A stretch of 63,773 nt of DNA, filler included, from Caldilineae bacterium (GTDB taxonomy: Bacteria; Chloroflexota; Anaerolineae; DTLA01): NCBI GenBank assembly GCA_037446815.1. It is 3 parts of 3 records of this genome, joined end to end, with 100 filler letters (N's around TTAATTAATTAA, not from the genome) between each part and the next. Parts side by side here need not be neighbours in the genome. Positions count along the whole stretch, not along the records: positions 1 to 22,596 come from JBBIHX010000037.1; 2 more parts are not named here. One strand, 5' to 3'. Shown one piece after another: positions 10,442 through 18,564 of the stretch (the stretch's first letter is position 1; every line of letters starts with the position of its first letter). A model generated the notes under the pieces. The model saw nothing but the letters and a program-made list of their open reading frames with translations. It did no database searches and had not been told where the DNA came from. The position numbers and the translations under genes are program-made.

Positions 10442-10720
10442 CTACCGCACGATGCTCTGTATCACCGGCTGCAGCATCTCCCGCACCATGTCGGCCAGGT
10501 TTTCGGCGCGGATGAGCGACAGGCAGCAGACCTGGCCGTCTTTCTCCCATGTTACGAGGGCGAACTTGTCGCCCGGGCGAATGCCCGCCCGCTCGCGCAC
10601 GTCCTTGGGGATCACCATCTGCCCGCGCTCGTCCACGCTCACCACGGCTTGCACCGCGCAGCAGCCGCCTCCTTCGCCCTCCGGCGTGCAGCAGGCGTCG
10701 TCTCTCGCTCCCGTCGCCAT
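10442..10720 (-). CDS. AbrB/MazE-family DNA-binding protein with Cys pairs (HgcC-like)
   Basis: CCAVQAVVSVDERGQMVIPKDVRERAGIRPGDK...VCCLSLI; directly upstream of arsM. Confidence 0.8.
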   Translation of the reverse strand: MATGARDDACCTPEGEGGGCCAVQAVVSVDERGQMVIPKDVRERAGIRPGDKFALVTWEKDGQVCCLSLIRAENLADMVREMLQPVIQSIVR

Positions 10721-10772
10721 GGCTTTGCCTCCTGAAAATTCTGAATACTCTGCATTATCTGATTTCGCAGAG

Positions 10773-10801
10773 AGTGTACACCTTTCGGCGCCCATTGTCA
10801 A
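10773..10801 (-). promoter_or_regulatory. Sigma70 promoter of hgcC-like/arsM operon
   Basis: Minus strand TTGACA-17 nt-TACACT. Confidence 0.78.
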
Positions 10802-10894
10802 ATTCGGGGGAGCGGCGCAGGCGACCGTCGCGCGGACGCGGTGGAATCCATCTCTACGCGCGGGTTGGCGCGGCTGGCCCTGCGGTTAGGGAGG

Positions 10895-11314
10895 TCAGAC
10901 CTCGGTCTCGCGGGAATCGGCTTGGGGCGGGGAGCGCCGCACGACGGCACGGGTGGCGACCCGTCGGGCATAGGCGTAAGCGCCCAAGAGCGCGGCTGCG
11001 CTGTCCAGCGCCACATCCAGCGGGTTCCCCTTGCGGGTGGGGACGAAGGTCTGATGCCATTCGTCGCTCCCTGCATACACGGCGGCGAGGATTGCGGAGA
11101 CCGCCACTTGCCCCTTCCGCATGCCCACCGCGCGGGCCAGGAGCGCGCCGAAGATGGCATACTCGGCCACGTGGGCGGCCTTGCGCAGGACGAGTTCCAG
11201 CCACGGCTCGTCAATGCGCGGGAGGTCTGGACGCGACGAGAAAAAGTAGATGACGCCGGCCCATGCCAGCACCGGCCCCCATAGGAGCACAATGGTCTTG
11301 AGACGCGCTATCAT
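10895..11314 (-). CDS. VanZ family protein
   Basis: RKAAHVAEY, YAGSDEWHQTFVPTR motifs; start MIARLK overlaps upstream stop. Confidence 0.88.
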   Translation of the reverse strand: MIARLKTIVLLWGPVLAWAGVIYFFSSRPDLPRIDEPWLELVLRKAAHVAEYAIFGALLARAVGMRKGQVAVSAILAAVYAGSDEWHQTFVPTRKGNPLDVALDSAAALLGAYAYARRVATRAVVRRSPPQADSRETEV

Positions 11315-12546
11315 GTTGAATTCTCCGACTCGCTTGCAGATTGCCGCGCGGTGAGAGCGGCGGAGTAAGCCTGTTCCAGGCGGGCGGCCAGGACTGCCGG
11401 CGCGAAGTGGGCGGCGAAATGCGCCCGCGCCGCCTCGCGCATCATCTGTCGGCGGTTGCCGTCCCCGAGAAGGCTGATGACCGCCTCGGCGAAGGCGCGG
11501 GTGTCGCAGGGCCTGACGAGAACACCGGTCTCGCCGTCCACCACGTAGGACGCGCATTCGCCGACGGCGTGGGCCACCACCGGAACGCCGAGGGCCGTCA
11601 GATCGGCCAGGCGCGCCGGACATTTATACCGATTTCGGGGCGTGTCGGCAAATGGCAGGATGGCGACGCACGCCGCGCTCAATTCGGCAGCGAGGGTGTC
11701 TCCCGCCAGGTAGCCGCGCAGGGCAACCGTGTCGTCCAACGCCCGCGCACGTATCGCTTCGGCGAAGGCGCGCTCTTCGCCGCGCATCCCGACACCAACC
11801 ACGTGCAGAGTAGGGGCAGGTTTTGTGGGGGCAGGTCCTGCAGGGGCAGGTCTTGTAGGGGCAGGTCTCAGACCTGCCCCTACCGTGTTTCCAACAATGG
11901 CGGCCCAGATGTCGGTGGCGGCCTCGGGGGCGATGTCCAGAAACCGCGTGTACCAGACGACGCGGCCGGGAATCTCCGCCGCATCCGCTGGCCGAAAGTC
12001 GGAGGTGTTCGGCAGGTATACGGGGGGAGCGCCCCGCAGGCCCGCCACGTGCTGCTCCAGGGCGCGGCTGGCCACGGTAACGCCATCGGCGCGGGACAGC
12101 ACGAACCGCTCCTGGCGGGCGATGGCCACACGCTGCCACGCTGGGCGCGCAACGGCCCATGCGGCCTCCAGGTCGTCGGCGTCGGCCCAGATGAGGGGAC
12201 GGCGCGCCTTCCGCAGGCGAAGCATTGCCTCGGCGATGGCCCCGCTGAAGCCGATGGGCTTGAACACGTGCACCACGTCGGGCGCGCCGCGTTGGGCCTC
12301 CCGCAGCAGGCGGGCCAACAGCAGCGGCCATGCGAACCGCCCTAGTGGCGCAGGGAAGGCCACGCAGACCACGCTTGCATCCTCATCGCGCCATGCAAGG
12401 CCGGCGTCCTGCGGCCTGTCCCACGAGGGCACAAGGACGCGCACGGCATGCCCACGCGCCGCCAGCGCCCGCCCCAGCGGCAGGGCGCGCCAGCGGGTGG
12501 TGCCTTTGGGGGCCAGGCCGAAGGGCGCGACGAACGTGATGTTCAT
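11311..12546 (-). CDS. Glycosyltransferase family 4 (GT-B)
   Basis: PDVVHVFKP, ADGVTVAS, LGVPVVA...VVDGETGVLV; ATG 6 nt after TATAAT. Confidence 0.85.
   Translation of the reverse strand: MNITFVAPFGLAPKGTTRWRALPLGRALAARGHAVRVLVPSWDRPQDAGLAWRDEDASVVCVAFPAPLGRFAWPLLLARLLREAQRGAPDVVHVFKPIGFSGAIAEAMLRLRKARRPLIWADADDLEAAWAVARPAWQRVAIARQERFVLSRADGVTVASRALEQHVAGLRGAPPVYLPNTSDFRPADAAEIPGRVVWYTRFLDIAPEAATDIWAAIVGNTVGAGLRPAPTRPAPAGPAPTKPAPTLHVVGVGMRGEERAFAEAIRARALDDTVALRGYLAGDTLAAELSAACVAILPFADTPRNRYKCPARLADLTALGVPVVAHAVGECASYVVDGETGVLVRPCDTRAFAEAVISLLGDGNRRQMMREAARAHFAAHFAPAVLAARLEQAYSAALTARQSASESENST
11810..11883. repeat. GTAG-type REP-like palindrome plus 15-bp tandem half-copies inside the glycosyltransferase
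   Basis: GTAGGGGCAGGTCTCAGACCTGCCCCTAC preceded by three GNRGGGGCAGGT units at 15-bp period. Confidence 0.75.
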
Positions 12547-12679
12547 GGGGCGATTATAGCGGACACGCCGCGCTTTTACGAAATGGGGAAGGCGCACGGC
12601 GCTGCCTCCCTGTTGCGAGTGGGGCGGAGGGGTCTCCGGGGTTGTATCCACGGACAACGTGGATTGTACGGACCAGACT

Positions 12680-12940
12680 TGAGATTCTTCGGCGCTTCGC
12701 GCCTCGGAATGACAGTTGCAAAGCCGCGAATAACGCGAATGGGCGCGAATGGGAACGTGCGACGCACCTCCGAGGTGCGTCGCACGTTGACCTCACGTTT
12801 CATGATGAGCCGAAGGCGAAGCATCTCGGTCAGGGAGATTCTTCCGCGCTTCGCGCCTGAGGGCCGTAGCCGCGAATAACGCGAATCCACGCGAATAGGG
12901 CACGTGCGGGGCACCTCCGAGGCGCGGCGCGCGTTGCGCT
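12680..12940. repeat. Mosaic of REP-like palindromes
   Basis: Perfect 17-bp-arm inverted repeat at 12754-12788, degenerate copy at about 12901-12935; each preceded by GAGATTCTTC..CGCTTCGCGCCT and GCCGCGAATAACGCGAAT. Confidence 0.7.
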
Positions 12941-13055
12941 CCCAAACAGTGGGCGCCAACGGACTTGGGAGCCGTGTCCTCCACGGGCATCTCTTGCCGA
13001 CAGCGCGCGCGAGTGGTATACTTTTCACGACATTCCCATTGGAGGCACTGCACGC

Positions 13056-14108
13056 ATGGCTTTGACATCGGCCCGTATCGCCCTCATCGGCATCGGCAAC
13101 GTGGGGCGTCGGGTGCTGAGCATCCTGGACGAGAGGCGGGCACTCTATCGTGAGCGTTTCGGGTTGGAGTTCATCTTGACCGGCGTGGCCGACAGCCGCG
13201 GCGCCGCCTGGAGCGCCGACAGGCTGGACATCCGCAGGGTGATGGCGCTGAAAGAGGCGGGCGGCACTGCTGCGGACTATATCGGCGTGGGGCAGAAGGG
13301 CGCGTCGGGCCTGGACATGCTGCACAACGTCCACGCCGATGTCCTCATAGAGGCGTCGCCCGTGAACCTTGCCGATGGCGAGCCGGCGATGGGCCACGTG
13401 CGCCTGGCGCTGGAGCGGGGGATGCACGTGGTAACGGCGAACAAGGGCCCGCTGGCTTTGGCGTATCCCGAGGTGATGGCATTGGCGCGGGAGCGGGGCC
13501 GCCGCGTGCTGTTCAGCGCGACGGTAGGCGGGGGCCTGCCGGCAGTGAACATCGGCGTGCGGGACCTGTGTCATGCACGAGTGGATCGGATAGAGGGCGT
13601 CCTCAACCTCACCAGCCACTCCATTCTTGCCCGCATGGCGCAGGGGTACACGTACGCCGAGGCGCTGGAGATCGCCCAGCGGGATGGCCACGCCGAGGCC
13701 GACCCATCGCTGGATGTGGACGGGTGGGACGCGGCCAACAAACTGGTGATTCTCGTCAATGCGGTGCTGGGCTATCCTGCGCGCCTCTCCGAGGTGCGCA
13801 TTGCGGGCATTCGGGGAATCACGGTGAAGATGCTGCGGCACGCGCTTCAGCGGGGGAACGTGATCCTGCCCCTGGCTGTGGCCGAGCGGCACGGCGATGG
13901 GTATGCGTTGAGCGTGCAACCCACGGAGGTCGGCGCGGAGCATCCGCTAGCCCGCCTGACGCCTGTGCAAATGGGCGTCGTGTACCACACAGATACCAAT
14001 GGCGTCGTAACGGCGATTGTGGACGAAGTGGATCCCATCCCCACGGCAGGCGCGGTCGTCCGCGACCTCATCACCTTGTATCGCGAGGGCCTATGGAGCG
14101 GCATTTGA
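13056..14108 (+). CDS. hom: Homoserine dehydrogenase
   Basis: GIGNVG, HVVTANKGP, SATVGGGLP, AEADPSLDVDGWDAANK. Confidence 0.9.
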   Translation: MALTSARIALIGIGNVGRRVLSILDERRALYRERFGLEFILTGVADSRGAAWSADRLDIRRVMALKEAGGTAADYIGVGQKGASGLDMLHNVHADVLIEASPVNLADGEPAMGHVRLALERGMHVVTANKGPLALAYPEVMALARERGRRVLFSATVGGGLPAVNIGVRDLCHARVDRIEGVLNLTSHSILARMAQGYTYAEALEIAQRDGHAEADPSLDVDGWDAANKLVILVNAVLGYPARLSEVRIAGIRGITVKMLRHALQRGNVILPLAVAERHGDGYALSVQPTEVGAEHPLARLTPVQMGVVYHTDTNGVVTAIVDEVDPIPTAGAVVRDLITLYREGLWSGI

Positions 14109-14569
14109 GCGTGCTTCGGATTCTGTACGACGCGCTGGAGGCAGCAGGGGTCAACTGGGCCGTAACGGGGAGCCTGGGGCTGGCGCTACAAGGGGTGCCG
14201 CTGACGCCCCATGACATTGACATCCAGACCGACGCGGCAGGCGCATACCGCATGGCGGCGCTGTTCGCCGACCGGGTTGTGCAACCGGTGGCGCTGTCGG
14301 CCAAGGGCACCGTGCGCTCGCATTTCGGGGCGCTGCAGGTGGGTGGGATGAAGGTGGAGATCATGGGCGACGTGCAGCACCAACGGGAGGACGGGTCCTG
14401 GGAGCCCCCGCCGGACCTGTCGCGCATCAAGCGGTACGTGGATGTTGCGGGGATGCGCGTGCCGGTGCTGTCCCTGGAGCATGAGCGCGATGCCTACGCC
14501 AAGATGGGGCGGACGGCGCGCGTTTCGCAGATAACCCTTGCGATGGAGACCGGAAAGCCTGGGCGCTAA
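14093..14569 (+). CDS. Nucleotidyltransferase-superfamily protein
   Basis: WAVTGSLGLALQG...PHDIDIQTD (GS...DxD) motif; start MERHL overlapping hom. Confidence 0.75.
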   Translation: MERHLSVLRILYDALEAAGVNWAVTGSLGLALQGVPLTPHDIDIQTDAAGAYRMAALFADRVVQPVALSAKGTVRSHFGALQVGGMKVEIMGDVQHQREDGSWEPPPDLSRIKRYVDVAGMRVPVLSLEHERDAYAKMGRTARVSQITLAMETGKPGR

Positions 14570-14643
14570 CGGAGACGCACCGCTATCATGAACGCCGGGC
14601 GCGAGCCGAGACTCCGAGTTCTGTGAAAAAGAGGAGGTGGGCG

Positions 14644-15852
14644 ATGACGGAGGTTCGCGTAGTGCGCTGTCCCCAGTGTGGGGCCAAGTTGCCACCGGGG
14701 CGGGAGGTGGTATGCGAGTATTGCGGGACGCGGTGCGTTCTGGGCGAGCCGGCGGCGACGCCCAAGCCGCCCGAAGAGCAGCGCCCCTCGGGAACCCGGG
14801 AGCAAGCACAGGGCGCGCCCGGGCTGCGCCTGAAAACGGTGCAGTGCGTGGATCAGCAGGGCATCGGCATTGAGGCGTTCCGCATGCTCATCCCGACGGA
14901 CTGGGTGTTTGAGGGCGGCGTTCACTGGCTTCTCAACAACCCGGGAATGCCCGCGGTGATTGCCTTTCGCGCTCGGAATGCCGCCAACACGGAGGCGTTT
15001 GAGGTCTTCCCGAACATTTCGTTCTACTGGACGAACAACCCCATGGTGCACATGACCGTGCCGGTGGGCGGGCTCTACTTTGGGAGCGAGGTTCGCCCGC
15101 CCATGGGGGCCCAGCAGATGCTGCGGGAAATCGTCCTGCCGCGCTATCGGGGGAATGCGCCGGGGCTTCAGGTCGTGCGGGAGGAGCCTTTGCCCGACCT
15201 GGCGCGGCAGGTGGGGGCGGCCGCGCAATCGGCTCCGGGCGCGGTAACGTCCGCGGACGGCGCGCGGGTGCGGGTGCGCTACTCCGCCGGAGGGCAGGCG
15301 ACCGAGGAGGAAATCTACGGCGTCGTGGAGGTTACGCACGTGTCCATGCCGGCTCTGTTCGGCACGGTGGAACACATCTACTGGATGGCCGACTACCTGT
15401 TCTCGTTCCGCGCGCCGGAGGGGGCATTGGACCGCATGGCCGAGATGTTCTGGACGATGACGCGTTCGTTCCGCCTGAACCCCCAGTGGTACGGGCGCTA
15501 CATGCAGGTGAGCCAATACCTGATTCAGAATCAGATTCAGCAGATCCAGCATACCGGCCAGTTGAGCCGCATTATCAGCCAGACCAGCAGCCAAATCAGC
15601 GACATGATGATGGAGTCGTGGCAACAGCGCCAGGCGACCATGGATCGCATCTCGGAGAACTTCAGCCAGGCGATTCGGGGCGTGGACGAGTACTACAATC
15701 CGTTTGACGAGCGAGGCGTGGAGTTGCCAGGTGGACATAACTACGCATGGTGCAACGCGCTGGGCGAGTATATTCTGAGCGATGATCCGAACTTCAACCC
15801 GAACATCGGCTCCAATGTGAACTGGCAGCAGATGGAGCGGCGCGAGCCGTAG
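14644..15852 (+). CDS. Hypothetical protein with N-terminal zinc ribbon
   Basis: CPQCG...CEYCG at N-terminus; RBS GAGGAGG; Gln-rich helical C-terminal part. Confidence 0.8.
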   Translation: MTEVRVVRCPQCGAKLPPGREVVCEYCGTRCVLGEPAATPKPPEEQRPSGTREQAQGAPGLRLKTVQCVDQQGIGIEAFRMLIPTDWVFEGGVHWLLNNPGMPAVIAFRARNAANTEAFEVFPNISFYWTNNPMVHMTVPVGGLYFGSEVRPPMGAQQMLREIVLPRYRGNAPGLQVVREEPLPDLARQVGAAAQSAPGAVTSADGARVRVRYSAGGQATEEEIYGVVEVTHVSMPALFGTVEHIYWMADYLFSFRAPEGALDRMAEMFWTMTRSFRLNPQWYGRYMQVSQYLIQNQIQQIQHTGQLSRIISQTSSQISDMMMESWQQRQATMDRISENFSQAIRGVDEYYNPFDERGVELPGGHNYAWCNALGEYILSDDPNFNPNIGSNVNWQQMERREP

Positions 15853-15918
15853 CCTGTAGTGGACATACTCCGCCCGTTTCCGAATCCGAACGGTGCGATT
15901 GTGTGGGGAGGTGAGACT

Positions 15919-16512
15919 ATGACTATCAAGCGGAAGAGCGCGCTGATAATCGTGGACATGCAGAACGATTTTCTGCCCGGGGGCGCATTGGCCATCCCCC
16001 AGGGGGACGCCATCTTGCCCAAGGTCAACGCTTACATCGCGCTGTTTGAGAAGCGAGGGCTTCCCATCATCGCCACGCGCGACTGGCATCCGCCGGAGAC
16101 CACGCACTTTCAGGTGAAGGGCGGCGTGTGGCCGATTCACTGCGTGCAGGGGACGCCGGGCGCCGCGTTTCACCCGGACCTGACGCTGCCGCAGGGGGCG
16201 GTTATTGTCTCCAAGGGCATGGGCGCAGACGAGGATGCGTATTCCGCGTTCCAGGCGCGGGATGCCGAGGGCCGGGCGCTGCCCGATGTGTTGCGCGCCA
16301 TGGGCGTGCGGCACATATACATCGGCGGGCTGGCGCTGGACTACTGCGTGAAGTTCACCGGCCTGGATGCGGCCCGTGAGGGGTTCGGTTGCACGGTACT
16401 GCTGGATGCCACGCGCGCGGTGAATCTCCAGGTGCACGACGCGGAACTGGCGCTGGAGGAACTGGTGCGGGCAGGCGCGGAAATCGCGGTCTTTGAACGT
16501 TTGACCGAATGA
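15919..16512 (+). CDS. pncA: Nicotinamidase
   Basis: VDMQNDFLPGGAL, DWHP, WPIHCVQGT, YSAF, ALDYCV. Confidence 0.93.
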   Translation: MTIKRKSALIIVDMQNDFLPGGALAIPQGDAILPKVNAYIALFEKRGLPIIATRDWHPPETTHFQVKGGVWPIHCVQGTPGAAFHPDLTLPQGAVIVSKGMGADEDAYSAFQARDAEGRALPDVLRAMGVRHIYIGGLALDYCVKFTGLDAAREGFGCTVLLDATRAVNLQVHDAELALEELVRAGAEIAVFERLTE

Positions 16513-16523
16513 GAGGAGTCGCG

Positions 16524-17696
16524 ATGGAGGGCAAACGCAGGTTTCACATCGCCACCGAAGCCGAGCTGCGTGAGGGTCGGGTAACCGACGTGTATTTTGA
16601 GCGCGCCCGCGCGGCGATCCAGGCTCGGAACGCGGACAAAGTGGTCGTGGCCGAGGTGCGCGCCAAGAGCCTGCCCAACAAGTGGGAGTGGGCGGTGCTG
16701 GCGGGCGTGGAAGAGGTGGCCCGCCTGTTGGAAGGCGTGGACGTTCGCGTGTGGGCGCTGCCCGAGGGGTCGCTTTTCCACGCGGGTGAGCCGGTCTTGC
16801 TAATAGAGGGGCCTTACACAATCTTCGGACACCTGGAGACCGAGATTCTGGGGATGCTGTGCCAGGCGTCGGGTGTGGCGACGAAGGCGGCGCGGTGTCG
16901 CGTGGCCGCGGGGAGCCGCACGGTGTTGAGTTTCGGCGCGCGGCGGATGCATCCGGCGGTGGCGCCCATGATTGAGCGCGCGTGCTACATCGGGGGGTGC
17001 GATGGCGTGTCCACAGTCTTGGCGGCGGAGGTCATCGGCGTGCCGCCCAGCGGGACCATGCCCCACGCCCTTGTGCTGCTGCTGGGCGACACGGTAGAAG
17101 CGGCCTGGGCCTTTGACCAAGTGGCCGCTCCGGACGTGCGACGCATCGTGCTGATAGATACGTTTCTGGACGAGAAGTTTGAGGCGATTCGGGTGGCCGA
17201 GGCGCTCCGCGAACGCCTATATGGCATCCGGTTTGACACGCCCGCGTCGCGGCGGGGGGATTTGCGCCAACTCATGGAGGAGGTCCGCTGGGAACTGGAC
17301 TTGCGCGGGTTCCAGCATGTGAAACTGTTCGCCAGCGGCGGCCTGGACGAGTACAGCATCCTGGACCTGAACCCCGTGTGCGACGGGTACGGCGTGGGCA
17401 CCTCACTGGCGAACGCGCCCACCATCAACCTGGCGCTGGACATCGTTGAGGTCGGCGGCCAGTTGCTGGCCAAGCGCGGCAAGGAATCGGGCGGGAAGTT
17501 CGTGGCCGCGTGCCCCGCTTGCGGTTCCAGGCGTATCGTGTACTGGAAGCACGATCCAGGCATGTGCGGGTGTGGCCAGGCGCGCCGATTCCTCAACGAG
17601 TTGCTGGTGGATGGCGGGCGGCTGGCGCTGGAGTTGCCTTCGGCGACGGAGATTCGGCAGAGGGTGCTGGCGCAGTTGGGGGGAGTGAGCCTGTAG
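16524..17696 (+). CDS. pncB: Nicotinate phosphoribosyltransferase
   Basis: TDVYF, FGARRMHP, GTMPHAL, DTPASRRG, ASGGLDE, GVGT. Confidence 0.92.
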   Translation: MEGKRRFHIATEAELREGRVTDVYFERARAAIQARNADKVVVAEVRAKSLPNKWEWAVLAGVEEVARLLEGVDVRVWALPEGSLFHAGEPVLLIEGPYTIFGHLETEILGMLCQASGVATKAARCRVAAGSRTVLSFGARRMHPAVAPMIERACYIGGCDGVSTVLAAEVIGVPPSGTMPHALVLLLGDTVEAAWAFDQVAAPDVRRIVLIDTFLDEKFEAIRVAEALRERLYGIRFDTPASRRGDLRQLMEEVRWELDLRGFQHVKLFASGGLDEYSILDLNPVCDGYGVGTSLANAPTINLALDIVEVGGQLLAKRGKESGGKFVAACPACGSRRIVYWKHDPGMCGCGQARRFLNELLVDGGRLALELPSATEIRQRVLAQLGGVSL

Positions 17697-17935
17697 GGCG
17701 CAGCGCACACGGGACATCGGGGGCAGCGGCGGTTGGGCTTGCCCCCTTGGTGGCCGACAGTCGGGGAAGACGCGATTGGCGGGCGAGCGGACTGAACCCC
17801 GGCCCGGCTGTGCGAGATGAGCGTGGATTCCCCATATCCGCGTGGCCCCCCGTATCTTCATGCCCGCGGGGGCGTTTCAGTAGGTGGCCTCGCGCACTTG
17901 GGCGGAGGCCAGACTTTGCCTGGAGACGGGGTCTC

Positions 17936-18388
17936 ATGCGATTGTTCCGAAATCTGGTTTTGGCTACGTTGATTCTCGCGGTGGGCGCGGTGAGCGTGGC
18001 CGCGCTGCCGCCGCTGCCCAGCAGTTTCTGGGGCGTGATTACGATGAACGGGGCGCGCATCCCACAATCCGCCGAACTCACGGCCCATGTGGAGGGCGTG
18101 CTGTGCGGCAGGGCCACCATCTTCCTGTACATGGGCACCACCTATTACTCTATTTCCGTTGCAGGCGACGATCTCGAGACCCCCGAAAGGGAGGGTGGAC
18201 GGGAGGACGATCTGATTGAGTTTCGCCTGAATGGGGTTCCCCTTGCCACTACCGCGCGCTGGCATGGAGGCACCAACGTGCGGCTGGACATGGTGGAGTC
18301 GTCGGCCCATCGGCAGGGTGCGTCGCCGAGGGTAGTTCTACCCCTGGTCGCGGTGCAGTTCTGGCCGCGGGTGGGCGGCGCGCAGTAG
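17936..18388 (+). CDS. Small secreted hypothetical protein
   Basis: Signal peptide MRLFRNLVLATLILAVGAVSVAA; LPPLPSSFWG; C-terminal VVLPLVAV. Confidence 0.72.
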   Translation: MRLFRNLVLATLILAVGAVSVAALPPLPSSFWGVITMNGARIPQSAELTAHVEGVLCGRATIFLYMGTTYYSISVAGDDLETPEREGGREDDLIEFRLNGVPLATTARWHGGTNVRLDMVESSAHRQGASPRVVLPLVAVQFWPRVGGAQ

Positions 18389-18408
18389 CCTTTCCTGAGG
18401 CGTAACAC

Positions 18409-18441
18409 AGGCGGGAGTCGGGCATGCGGCTCCCGCTTTTT
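18409..18441 (+). terminator. Intrinsic terminator
   Basis: GCGGGAG/CTCCCGC stem followed by TTTTT. Confidence 0.75.
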
Positions 18442-18483
18442 GCATGCCCCGCGATGCGTTGGGCGCATGGTACCAAAAGGCCA

Positions 18484-18512
18484 TTGACCCTTCCCCCTGA
18501 GGCACGTATAGT
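18484..18512 (+). promoter_or_regulatory. Sigma70-type promoter
   Basis: TTGACC-17 nt-TATAGT. Confidence 0.65.
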
Positions 18513-18564
18513 GCGTAGTAGGACGCGCGTGCGTTGCATATCGTCATGGGCACGGGAGGGTGCT

